Positions 10,465-19,304 of a DNA stretch of 64,000 bases are shown here, one piece after another. The stretch covers positions 27,617-91,616 of the forward strand of contig CAIPDP010000071.1 in the NCBI GenBank assembly GCA_903863845.1. Direction: 5' to 3'. The notes below the pieces were generated by a model that saw only the letters and a program-made list of their open reading frames with translations, was not told where the DNA came from and made no database searches. Every line of letters begins with the position of its first letter. Positions within the stretch are counted from its first letter, which is position 1. Source of the stretch: an uncultured Mucilaginibacter sp. Its GTDB lineage: Bacteria; Bacteroidota; Bacteroidia; Sphingobacteriales; Sphingobacteriaceae. Made by a program: the position numbers and the translations under genes.

Positions 10465-12273
10465 ATGACAAATAATTTTGATTACAGGGAGGCATTAAAG
10501 AAAATTCCGCATAAGCCGGGGGTATACCAGTTTTGGGATACCGATAAAGAATTGATCTATATCGGGAAAGCCAAAGACCTGCGCAACCGTGTAACCTCTT
10601 ACTTTAACAAGGACAACCAGTTTAATGCTAAAACCAAAGTACTGGTATCCAAAATACGCGATATCACTTTTACTATAGTTGATACCGAGATCGACGCGTG
10701 GCTGCTGGAAAACGCCATGATTAAAAAGCATCAGCCACGGTATAATGTGATGCTGAAAGATGACAAGACCTATCCCTGGATCATCATCAAAAATGAAAAT
10801 TTCCCGCGTTTGTTCTGGACCAGGAAGATCATCCGTGATGGCTCTAAATATTTCGGCCCCTATGCCTCGGTTAGTATGATGCATGCGATACTCGACCTGA
10901 TCAGGGAAACCTACCCGTTGCGCACCTGCAGTCTGCCACTCAGCCGCCAGAATATCGACGCAGGAAAGTTTAAAGTTTGCCTGGAGTACCAGTTGGGTAA
11001 CTGCAAGGGACCCTGCCAGAATTTTCAATCCGAAAGCGAATACGACCAGAGTATAACCGAGATCAAAGATATTTTAAATGGGAAGATCGGCGCAGTGCTT
11101 CGGAATATGAAGGCTGATATAGATGCAGCAGTATCCAACTTGAATTTCGAGCTGGCGCATAAACTTAAAAGTAAATTTGACCTGCTTGAGAAATATCAAA
11201 GCAAATCAACTGTCGTAAATTCATCCATTACTGATGTGGATGTATTTAATATCGCCTCCGACGAAAAATATGCCTTTGTCAACTTCCTGAAAGTGATGAA
11301 CGGCACCATCATTCAAACACAAACCATCGAGCTTCGTAAACGACTGGATGAGAGTGACGAAGAACTGTTAACCCTTGCGATATCCGAATTCAGGACACGG
11401 TATAACAGCCAGTCGAAAGAAGTTATTGTACCTTTTCATCCTGATATTGACGACGATCAGATCAAGTTTACGATACCTAAACAAGGCGAGAAAAAGAACC
11501 TGCTTGACCTGTCGCACAAAAATGTATTGTTCTTCAGGAAAGAAAGGATAGATCAATACGAAAAACTGAACCCTGAGATACGAACCGAGCGTTTGTTGAG
11601 CAATATGATGAAGGATCTGCGGATGAACCAGCTCCCCCGTCATATTGAATGTTTTGATAACTCCAACTTCCAGGGCAAATACCCGGTTTCGGCCATCGTC
11701 GTATTTAAAGATGGTAAACCATCAAAAAAGGATTACCGGCACTTCAATGTCAAAACCGTAGAAGGGCCAAATGATTTTGCCACGATGGAGGAAGCCGTAT
11801 TCCGCCGTTACCGCCGTATGCTGGACGAAGGAGGCGAATTACCCCAACTGATCATCATTGATGGTGGCAAAGGACAGTTGTCGTCGGCTTTAAAAAGTCT
11901 AAAATTGCTTGGGATCGAAAAACAAATGACGGTGATCGGCATCGCTAAAAGATTAGAAGAGCTTTATTATCCTGGCGACCAATACCCACTATATCTTGAT
12001 AAAAAATCAGAAACGCTCAAGATCATTCAGCAATTGCGCGACGAGGCTCACCGATTTGGTATCACTTTCCACCGCAAAAAACGCGACAAAGGAACACTGG
12101 CCACCGAATTGGAACTGATCGAAGGTATCGGCAAGACCTCAGCTGAAAAATTGCTCAAGTACTTTAAATCGGTGAAAAAGATACGCGAAGCTACCGGCGA
12201 AGAATTGCAGGAGGTGGTGACTTTAAAGCAGGCAAATGCGATAAGAGCGTATTTCCGGGAGTTATTGCATTAA
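10465..12273 (+). CDS. uvrC: Excinuclease ABC subunit C
   Basis: GIY-YIG N-terminus (KPGVYQFWDTDKELIYIGKAKDLRNRVTSYF), UvrBC-interaction region, and C-terminal HhH. The ORF track begins at a GTG at 10462; the ATG at 10465 is used here. Confidence 0.95.
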   Translation: MTNNFDYREALKKIPHKPGVYQFWDTDKELIYIGKAKDLRNRVTSYFNKDNQFNAKTKVLVSKIRDITFTIVDTEIDAWLLENAMIKKHQPRYNVMLKDDKTYPWIIIKNENFPRLFWTRKIIRDGSKYFGPYASVSMMHAILDLIRETYPLRTCSLPLSRQNIDAGKFKVCLEYQLGNCKGPCQNFQSESEYDQSITEIKDILNGKIGAVLRNMKADIDAAVSNLNFELAHKLKSKFDLLEKYQSKSTVVNSSITDVDVFNIASDEKYAFVNFLKVMNGTIIQTQTIELRKRLDESDEELLTLAISEFRTRYNSQSKEVIVPFHPDIDDDQIKFTIPKQGEKKNLLDLSHKNVLFFRKERIDQYEKLNPEIRTERLLSNMMKDLRMNQLPRHIECFDNSNFQGKYPVSAIVVFKDGKPSKKDYRHFNVKTVEGPNDFATMEEAVFRRYRRMLDEGGELPQLIIIDGGKGQLSSALKSLKLLGIEKQMTVIGIAKRLEELYYPGDQYPLYLDKKSETLKIIQQLRDEAHRFGITFHRKKRDKGTLATELELIEGIGKTSAEKLLKYFKSVKKIREATGEELQEVVTLKQANAIRAYFRELLH

Positions 12274-12388
12274 GGCTACTTCAACACACGTACCTGCCTT
12301 CATGCGCTTGCCACGTCGCCTCCCCAAGCCAAAGTCTGCGCTGGCTCCTCGCAATTACAGGACTTTTACAACTTCCTGCTCAAAAAAA

Positions 12389-12416
12389 AAGTCCCAAACC
12401 GTAAGGTTTGAGACTT
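12389..12416 (-). terminator. Rho-independent terminator of the gldKLMN operon (possibly bidirectional with uvrC)
   Basis: AAGTCCCAAACC GTAA GGTTTGAGACTT hairpin with one mismatch, preceded on the plus strand by A9. That is a U-run after the hairpin on the minus-strand transcript. It sits 21 nt past the gldN stop. Confidence 0.65.
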
Positions 12417-12436
12417 CCTATATAATTTTCTTCAGA

Positions 12437-13396
12437 TCAATACTGCCACAAATTCAGTTCCCAATCCATCAGCTCTTTTTTGATCCTTTCAGATTCAGCA
12501 AGCCTGTCGATACCCTGAGCGTAGTCTTTGATACGCTCGTCTCTATCGTTGGATACTTTAACAATGTAGCTGGTGAAGATACGTTTCAGGAAAATATCGT
12601 CGAAACTTAAGCCTGTGTTATCGTTACTGCGGTTAACGGCTTCTTTGGTAGCCAATATAGGGCGCAGATCAGGGAAACGCACCCAGAATGCTGGTTGATA
12701 ATCGAGGTTTAGTCCGTTTATCTTTTGTTTCTTCATTGGAGCTATGCCGATGATGCGAGGTTCAAAAATTGAACGCTGACGATCAAACACCCAATCTTCC
12801 TTGATGCGGAATTTGATGATACTATCCGGGATAAATTCACCGGGCTGCATGGTTGACCCTATTTTCTCACCTGTATTCTTATCGAATTTATCTACCAATA
12901 CGCTATCCGCCATTTGACCTTTAGCCTGAGCCGGGGTAAGCGGCTTGTAAAAAGCATCCCCATCCGGGTCGTTATCTTTATCAGGTGTTGCATCATAGGC
13001 CGTTAATTCGCCTGCTGCAACTGCGTCCATGATGATGTCGATCAAACGCTGTTTAGGCGAAGCCAGAAACTGGTTCATCTTTTCACGTACATCTATCTCG
13101 CGCCAAACGCGTTTCACATAGGAAGCGTCCGATTCGCGGATATTGGCATACGGCATCGGTTTTGACAGCGTGATGTTGGATTTTTTGAAATAACCATCTA
13201 ACGGCCGGTTATATTTCTTTGCCGGAGCCGCAGCTACTTGTTGCTTTTTTGTCGTATCTACAGCCGGCTTGGTAGTAGCCACAGGCTGCGTTGTAGCCGG
13301 TTTGGCTGCTGGTCGCCTTCTCCTGCGAGTGGTGTTCTGTGCGATGGCACTTACTGTAACCAGGCAAAGCAAAACGATCAAAAATCTTCTTTTCAT
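12437..13396 (-). CDS. gldN: Gliding motility / T9SS protein GldN
   Basis: 319 aa with a signal peptide. Last gene of the K-L-M-N string, with a conserved C-terminal region ending ELMDWELNLWQY. Confidence 0.9.
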   Translation of the reverse strand: MKRRFLIVLLCLVTVSAIAQNTTRRRRRPAAKPATTQPVATTKPAVDTTKKQQVAAAPAKKYNRPLDGYFKKSNITLSKPMPYANIRESDASYVKRVWREIDVREKMNQFLASPKQRLIDIIMDAVAAGELTAYDATPDKDNDPDGDAFYKPLTPAQAKGQMADSVLVDKFDKNTGEKIGSTMQPGEFIPDSIIKFRIKEDWVFDRQRSIFEPRIIGIAPMKKQKINGLNLDYQPAFWVRFPDLRPILATKEAVNRSNDNTGLSFDDIFLKRIFTSYIVKVSNDRDERIKDYAQGIDRLAESERIKKELMDWELNLWQY

Positions 13397-13403
13397 ATCC
13401 CTT

Positions 13404-14936
13404 TTAATTTGCAGATAATACTATCTGATCCAATCCGCGTTGTGAACCATCAGGACCAACTGCGACGATATTTTTAAATATTACAAATGAACCCGGACTG
13501 ATAGAATTCAACAACGAACGCATCGCTGGTGTAATATCCGGACCGTTTGCGTCTAAGGCGATCGGGTCCTGGCGGGGTTTAACCACTACCAGTGTAAAAC
13601 GTGTTACGTTAAATTTGGCATCAAAGTCAAAATTATCCAATTTAGCAAATACCCTGTCTTGCGCTTTGATATTTCCCGTAGCAACGGCACCGCCACTTTT
13701 ACCCGCAAACTGCGGCTTTGGATCTGGTATACGTTTTACGCGGAATTTGGTTGAGCCTAAGGTTAAATTTTTCCCTTCAACCGTACCTGATACGGTAACA
13801 ACATCATTATCGCTCAAGGTAGTTACCTTGGCAACGTAATGGCCAGCAGAACCAGATACTGCACCCTGCGCTATATTGATGCGTATATTTTCTTTTGGTA
13901 TACCAGGAGCAGATACTGATAATGGATTATCAACACCGATATACAATACATTCATTTTATCAGCAGAAACCACAGCCGAAGGTTTGGCAACTTCGTACTC
14001 GCCTGAAATAGGATAAGGTTTTTCCGGGCCATCAACCTGCTTTACATATAAAGTACCTGTCCAGGTATGTTTACCCTCTCCGCTTGTAATTACAGAATAT
14101 TTACCGATACCAGCATTTGCAGGCACATTCTGTCCATCAACCACGATCCTTGGATTAGAATTTTGGTCGTAAGCGGTCAGGTAAATATCCGCCGTATACG
14201 GTTGTCCGGCGATAATATAACTTGATGGAGCAACGCCAACGGCTTTGAACTGATTCAAAGTTACTTGTGCAACGTCGATCTCACCTAATATCCTTTTAAC
14301 TGTTTGGTTTTCGGCACTTTTATTATCGGCCTGTATTTTTGCCAGCGTAGTTAGGGCAGCACCCAGAGGCACACCCTCACCAAAATTTGCTTCCTGCCAG
14401 GTTTTGTTAGGCTCGCCGGTGCGGCCTGCCGGGTCAGCAGTCTCTAAAGAAAAATTAATATCCTTACTTAATTTAGGACCAAGCAGTGCTAGTAATTCCT
14501 TTTTAGTATTCTCAATTTTTGTTCTCAGTGTATCTGCTTTCTTACCATCGATCATCACATGTGGTGCTATATCGAGGTTATCACGTGCATCAACGTCGTT
14601 GATCGTTGGGTTTATACCACCACCGGCTTTGATCAGCAGCGTGCGCAAATTAGTGATGTATTTATCCAGATCGCCTGCCAAAGCACTTGCTTTTTCAGAC
14701 TTGCTTAGCAATGCCTGAGCTTTCTCGGGCTGTTCTTTTAATTTTGTAGCTTTAAAGGCATCATACGTAGTCTTCAGACTCGTATTTACATCCTTTGTCG
14801 ATTGATCAAGGCTGTCCTTAATATGTTTAAATGAATCGAGTAATTGCTCGGGTACGTTCAGGGCAATTAAGCCTAAAAGCACGAGGTACAATATACCTAT
14901 CATTCGTTGTCTTGGGGTTTCTTTACCGCCGGCCAT
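13404..14936 (-). CDS. gldM: Gliding motility / T9SS protein GldM
   Basis: 510 aa. N-terminus MAGGKETPRQRMIGILYLVLLGLIALNV (single TM) is typical of GldM/PorM, followed by a large periplasmic domain. Confidence 0.92.
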   Translation of the reverse strand: MAGGKETPRQRMIGILYLVLLGLIALNVPEQLLDSFKHIKDSLDQSTKDVNTSLKTTYDAFKATKLKEQPEKAQALLSKSEKASALAGDLDKYITNLRTLLIKAGGGINPTINDVDARDNLDIAPHVMIDGKKADTLRTKIENTKKELLALLGPKLSKDINFSLETADPAGRTGEPNKTWQEANFGEGVPLGAALTTLAKIQADNKSAENQTVKRILGEIDVAQVTLNQFKAVGVAPSSYIIAGQPYTADIYLTAYDQNSNPRIVVDGQNVPANAGIGKYSVITSGEGKHTWTGTLYVKQVDGPEKPYPISGEYEVAKPSAVVSADKMNVLYIGVDNPLSVSAPGIPKENIRINIAQGAVSGSAGHYVAKVTTLSDNDVVTVSGTVEGKNLTLGSTKFRVKRIPDPKPQFAGKSGGAVATGNIKAQDRVFAKLDNFDFDAKFNVTRFTLVVVKPRQDPIALDANGPDITPAMRSLLNSISPGSFVIFKNIVAVGPDGSQRGLDQIVLSAN

Positions 14937-14974
14937 TTCCTATGAAATCTAGTTTTAAGGTTTTTTGTTAATTG

Positions 14975-15784
14975 TTAGGCGCGAGGCTGACTCATTGCCG
15001 ACAGCATGTTACCATAAATAGAATTTAATGAACTCAAATTCTTGGCGAGTTTGGTAACCTCTGTTTTAAATGACTGTGAGTCTTCGAGCGATTCATTGAA
15101 ATTCTGCATCGTCGTAGCCATATTCTGGTAAAATTTATTCATTGATTTCAGGTGCGCGCTTGAATCCTGCAGTTCTAATTCATAAACTGCGTTCAAAGCC
15201 GACAGGTTTTTGGCGAGATTATTTACCTGTTCGTGGTACGCTTTTGAATCAACATTGCTTGAAGCAAGTTCGGATAAATTAGCTGATGCGGTTTCAAAGG
15301 CATTGCTCAGTTTATCGTAGCTTGAAGCAGCTGTTTTTAATTTTGAAGTAAACTCGTTAGTGGCGGTGCCGGCATCAGCAACGGTAGAAATTGTTGCTAC
15401 CTTATCGCCAAATGTTCTTAAACCTTCACCCAGGCTTCCGATCAATTCAGGACCGATCTTCGCGTCTTCCAGCATTTTGTCTAATGCCGCTGTGCTCGAA
15501 ACGCCACTGCCGCTGCCACTGCTTCTCAGGGTAGCTTTTGGCAGGTCGCCGGTAAAATCTTCTGCTAATTCAGGATATACACGGGTCCAGTCGATATGTT
15601 GTTCATGTGCTTCACGCTGAAAACCCAGCAAGCCGAACAAAATAGCTTCAGTGCCCAATCCTAAAGTGATAAAGTAAGTAGCTCCGGTCCAGTGCTGGAT
15701 CTTAAACAACAATCCAATGATAACAACGGTTGCTCCCCAGGATACGATGTTGTTAATCCCGTAAGGTTTTTTCTTTCCTGACAT
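14975..15784 (-). CDS. gldL: Gliding motility / T9SS protein GldL
   Basis: 269 aa. Two N-terminal TM helices (WGATVVIIGLLFKIQHW ...), then a coiled-coil cytoplasmic region. Positioned between gldK and gldM. Confidence 0.92.
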   Translation of the reverse strand: MSGKKKPYGINNIVSWGATVVIIGLLFKIQHWTGATYFITLGLGTEAILFGLLGFQREAHEQHIDWTRVYPELAEDFTGDLPKATLRSSGSGSGVSSTAALDKMLEDAKIGPELIGSLGEGLRTFGDKVATISTVADAGTATNEFTSKLKTAASSYDKLSNAFETASANLSELASSNVDSKAYHEQVNNLAKNLSALNAVYELELQDSSAHLKSMNKFYQNMATTMQNFNESLEDSQSFKTEVTKLAKNLSSLNSIYGNMLSAMSQPRA

Positions 15785-15827
15785 AATAGTTTAAAAGTTG
15801 AGTAGTGAAATGTTTAAGTTTTTGTTT

Positions 15828-17153
15828 TTAGTGCTTATCCTTAATATCGCGACCGAGGTAACTGGTTACACAACGGAAGCCTATATATGATTTTGCTGTA
15901 TCCTGGTATTCGTATGAACGTGATGAATTTTGCAGGAAATAACCCACATCTTTCCATGAACCACCGCGCACCACTTTACGTTTCAACACCGGCGGATCAT
16001 TTGGTTTGGCGTCGTAGCTATAATCTGGCGCCAGATCATGGGTAAAGGTAGAAGCTGATTCGTCATAGGCCGAGCTCGTCCATTCAGCAACGTTTCCTGC
16101 CATGTTATACAGACCATAATCATTCGGGAAATAAGAACGAACGTTTACAGTATATGCGCCACCGTCATCGGCATAATTACCACGACCCGGTTTGAAATTA
16201 GCCATCAGGCAACCCTTAGCATTTTTGATATATGGACCACCCCATGGATAGTCGGTACCAACCCTGCCACCACGAGCAGCGTATTCAAACTGTGCCTCGT
16301 TAGGCAAGCGATAGTATGAACGCGGCGGCAAACCGCGAGATTGTTTATAATTTTCGTTGTAACGGGTACGCCATACGTTAAAGGCCCTTGCCTGACGCCA
16401 GGTTACCCCAACAACAGGGTAGTTCCGGTAGGCAGGATGCGAAAAGTAACCTTCAACCATCGGTTCATTGGCGGCATATGAAAAATCACTCAGCCAAACC
16501 AGGGTATCCGGATAAACTGGTACAGTATCGCGAACAATGAAATCAGAACGTTTTTTTGATTTGTCATTATGGTAATCCGCAGCTTCGCGCAATGACACGG
16601 TAGAGAAGTTATATTTCAATAAACGTACATCCAGTTCGTTACGATCAAAAATCCTGTCATCGCCCTGGTAAAACATACCGGATAGCTTGGCGATGTTAGG
16701 ATTGTTTCCTTTTTTATTGGCATCGAACGATAGTGGATAATGCTTTACATAAGCCCAGTTAATATATTTTTTACCGTTATTTAAAGCATTTGAAGCTTTG
16801 GGTTTTAAGAAGTACTTAGGATCGTTCAGGTAATTAGTAATGGCTACCGAGTCGCGCACCCATTGTACAAATTGTTTGTACTTGGTATTGGAAACCTCGG
16901 TTTCGTCCATGAAAAACGCAGGTATCGTTACCTGTTTGGTTTGAGCTAATTGTGAAAAAGTAATATCCTGATCAGTTTGGCCCATTAAAAAGGTACCCGA
17001 TGGAATGTAAACCATTCCGTATGGCACCTCAGCTCTGAACGAGCGTTGTGCAATACCAGTTAATTCGCCTCTGTCACCACTACCCCTGCCCGCGCAACCG
17101 CTTAGCATGATGCCTACGGCTAAAACCATTATTAGATAGTAAATCTGCTTCAT
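15828..17153 (-). CDS. gldK: Gliding motility / T9SS lipoprotein GldK (FGE-sulfatase/SUMF1 fold)
   Basis: 441 aa. Lipobox LSGC, SUMF1-like segments (GMVYIPSGTFLMGQ, YPVVGVTWRQA, RGGSW, GFRCV). First gene of the gld string. Confidence 0.93.
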   Translation of the reverse strand: MKQIYYLIMVLAVGIMLSGCAGRGSGDRGELTGIAQRSFRAEVPYGMVYIPSGTFLMGQTDQDITFSQLAQTKQVTIPAFFMDETEVSNTKYKQFVQWVRDSVAITNYLNDPKYFLKPKASNALNNGKKYINWAYVKHYPLSFDANKKGNNPNIAKLSGMFYQGDDRIFDRNELDVRLLKYNFSTVSLREAADYHNDKSKKRSDFIVRDTVPVYPDTLVWLSDFSYAANEPMVEGYFSHPAYRNYPVVGVTWRQARAFNVWRTRYNENYKQSRGLPPRSYYRLPNEAQFEYAARGGRVGTDYPWGGPYIKNAKGCLMANFKPGRGNYADDGGAYTVNVRSYFPNDYGLYNMAGNVAEWTSSAYDESASTFTHDLAPDYSYDAKPNDPPVLKRKVVRGGSWKDVGYFLQNSSRSYEYQDTAKSYIGFRCVTSYLGRDIKDKH

Positions 17154-17301
17154 TTTTTAAATCAATCAGTTATTAAATTATAACGCAATATGACCTGTAC
17201 TAAGATATCAAATTACATTTAGTAAACCCAAAAATGTTTTTTAATTACAAACATTCTGCCACATTCGATAGCAAAAATATAAATTAATAGTTTATTGCCA
17301 T

Positions 17302-17343
17302 AAAAAAACGAAATAACTTATAATTAAGTATTTAGCTATTTCG
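17302..17343 (-). terminator. Rho-independent terminator after the HemD-like gene
   Basis: On the minus strand, CGAAATAGCT...AAGTTATTTCG forms a stem of about 10 bp including one G-U pair, followed by T7 (A7 at 17302-17308 on the plus strand). Confidence 0.65.
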
Positions 17344-17416
17344 GGCGCTATTTAACAGGCCATTATACGGTTTGCTGACTGTTAAAGTTGCATGCACCCC
17401 TATAAAATGCTATTAA

Positions 17417-18175
17417 TTATTTGTTTACCATCTTTACGTATTGCTCGATGGCCATCGTCATTGATGGAGCACCTGGCGTAGGTGCAGGGATATCTAAAAT
17501 AAGACCCGCGTCGAGCACAGCCTTGTGTGTAGTTGCCCCAAAAGCAGCTAAACGGGTATTGTTCTGTTTGAAATCCGGAAAATTCTTGTAAAGTGATTGT
17601 ATACTGGACGGACTGAAAAAGGCGATCACATCATAAAACACCTCGGCAAGATCCGACAAATCGCTGCAAACTGTACGGAAAAGTACTGCCGGCGTAAAAT
17701 TATAGCCATTATCAAGCAAAAATTTCTGCGTTTCTTCAGCAGCCACATCCGAACAAGGATATAAAAATTTTTCGCTTGAGTGTTTTTTGAGTACTTCAAC
17801 CAGGTCGGATGCCGTTTGTTTACCGAAGAATATCTTGCGCTTGCGGTATTGAATGTATTTTTGAAGGTATAAGGCGATCGTTTCGGAAAGACAGAAATAT
17901 TTCATGTCAACCGGCACTTCGAAACGCATTTCTTCGCAGATGCGGAAAAAATGATCGGCCGAGTTCCTGCTGGTAAAAATAACGGCAGAAAAATCCGCCA
18001 GGTTGATCTTCTCTTTCCTGAAATCTTTGGCAGGCACCCCCTCAACATGTATAAAAGAACGAAAATCGATCTTTAAATTATATTTCTTCGCCAATTCGGC
18101 GTAGGGGTTTTTGTCATTTTCGGGTTTGGGTAAGGTAACCAGAATACTTTTAACCTTTTTCTTTCTGTCTTCCAA
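17417..18175 (-). CDS. hemD: Uroporphyrinogen-III synthase (HemD)-family protein
   Basis: SILVTLPKPENDKNPYAELAKKYNLKIDFRSFIHVEG matches the usual N-terminus of Bacteroidota HemD-like proteins. The track ORF extends to a TTG at 18256 and overlaps the upstream gene by 55 nt. The TTG at 18175 gives MEDRKKKVKSILV and no overlap. The exact start is uncertain. Confidence 0.75.
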   Translation of the reverse strand: MEDRKKKVKSILVTLPKPENDKNPYAELAKKYNLKIDFRSFIHVEGVPAKDFRKEKINLADFSAVIFTSRNSADHFFRICEEMRFEVPVDMKYFCLSETIALYLQKYIQYRKRKIFFGKQTASDLVEVLKKHSSEKFLYPCSDVAAEETQKFLLDNGYNFTPAVLFRTVCSDLSDLAEVFYDVIAFFSPSSIQSLYKNFPDFKQNNTRLAAFGATTHKAVLDAGLILDIPAPTPGAPSMTMAIEQYVKMVNK

Positions 18176-18201
18176 AATTCTATACAATAAAAAGCCTACT
18201 C

Positions 18202-19176
18202 CTAAATATTCAGCGCCTTGATTAAAATCAATATGGGGCAGATTTCGAGGGCACAAAGATACACAATTAAATAAAATTTATAAAATAGAATGCTAGAAAT
18301 GATTTCTACGCTCCCGCGAAGGTATTGCCATACCACAATTGCAGCTATCAATACCCAGGCAAACAGCAAAACAAATCGTATCAGGGGATCAGGTAGCAGG
18401 CTAAAGCAGATAGAAACCGGCAGGAAAACAAAACCTATGTTAAAATAGGTGAGGTAGGAAACCGAAAGGTACTCGCTTACCAATTTATTGATCCCGAACA
18501 CGAACCCCAGGAATTTTACCAGTACAAACTTGACCGCAAAAAGCACGAGAATGATCAGCGTAAGCGAGATAAAAAGCGAGAACCCACTGACACTATAGTA
18601 ATAAACATGGCGGTAAACCGAAAACTGGTATAAGAACAAGCCAAAGGTGAGTGCAAACAGGAGGAATAATGCCAACAGTGTCCATGAGTTGATCACGCCA
18701 TCCTGTTTGCTGAGTTGATTCATTACCCGTTTACTGTAAAAGGACATCCATATACTTTCAAGGTCCTTGCTCATTACCCTATTTAAGATCGCAGCGTAAA
18801 TAAGCAAAGCCAGCAATACACCAATTACCCATGGATCGCGGGAGGTACGGCTACTACCCTCTTTTAGCGTACTTTTCGCAGTGGCGTGGATATCAAGGAA
18901 ATCGTTGCCTGTATACAGGACCCTTTTAAGCAATGTATCAACCAAAGCATCGTGCCGGCTTGCAGCTGCCGGCCTGATGAAAACGGTAGCCAGCGAATCC
19001 TGCACCATTTGCTCATGTTGCTGCAGTGATTGTGCGACAGAATCCAAAAAAGGCAGGCGATCATTAGGGATATGTCCGGCGACCGTATCTGCCCGATGCC
19101 CGGTCGACGTATCGGTCATGGCGAAAGCACCGTAACAAATCACCATTAAAAACAAACAAACCGCGATCAGACGCAT
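18202..19176 (-). CDS. DUF4271-type polytopic membrane protein
   Basis: 324 aa with a signal/anchor and about six C-terminal TM helices. The pairing with a downstream HemD-like gene matches a DUF4271-hemD arrangement as I recall it from Bacteroidota; this is not verified. Confidence 0.7.
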   Translation of the reverse strand: MRLIAVCLFLMVICYGAFAMTDTSTGHRADTVAGHIPNDRLPFLDSVAQSLQQHEQMVQDSLATVFIRPAAASRHDALVDTLLKRVLYTGNDFLDIHATAKSTLKEGSSRTSRDPWVIGVLLALLIYAAILNRVMSKDLESIWMSFYSKRVMNQLSKQDGVINSWTLLALFLLFALTFGLFLYQFSVYRHVYYYSVSGFSLFISLTLIILVLFAVKFVLVKFLGFVFGINKLVSEYLSVSYLTYFNIGFVFLPVSICFSLLPDPLIRFVLLFAWVLIAAIVVWQYLRGSVEIISSILFYKFYLIVYLCALEICPILILIKALNI

Positions 19177-19259
19177 GTATTATATCATCCTATTTTACCG
19201 GGCAAAAATACCGGATTATTTATCTGTTTGCGCGAAAATTTTGCAGCGATCGGAATTGA

Positions 19260-19299
19260 TTGGCGCAGGGCGGTTTTACCCGATCAAACCCTGCGCCAA
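19260..19299. terminator. 11-bp perfect hairpin just downstream of the cysteine desulfurase gene
   Basis: TTGGCGCAGGG (19260-19270) pairs with CCCTGCGCCAA (19289-19299) around an 18-nt loop. A U-run follows only in the plus-strand reading, so its role as the minus-strand operon terminator is plausible but unproven. Confidence 0.45.
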
Positions 19300-19304
19300 C
19301 TGAA

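Noticed and set aside
12302-12610. 102-aa plus-strand ORF after uvrC
   Set aside because: It reads through the terminator hairpin at 12389-12416 and then antisense into gldN. It has no coding signal.
17154-17301. gldK promoter call (TATTTTTG at 17272-17279 on the minus strand)
   Set aside because: It fits TAnnTTTG, but no TTG -33 element was seen at suitable spacing, and it abuts the upstream terminator. It is too weak to list as a feature.
18176-18256. Upstream 27 codons of the HemD-like ORF overlapping the DUF4271 gene
   Set aside because: The extension starts at a TTG, overlaps the upstream gene by 55 nt, and precedes the family-typical N-terminus. The shorter TTG start was preferred, though the true start remains uncertain.
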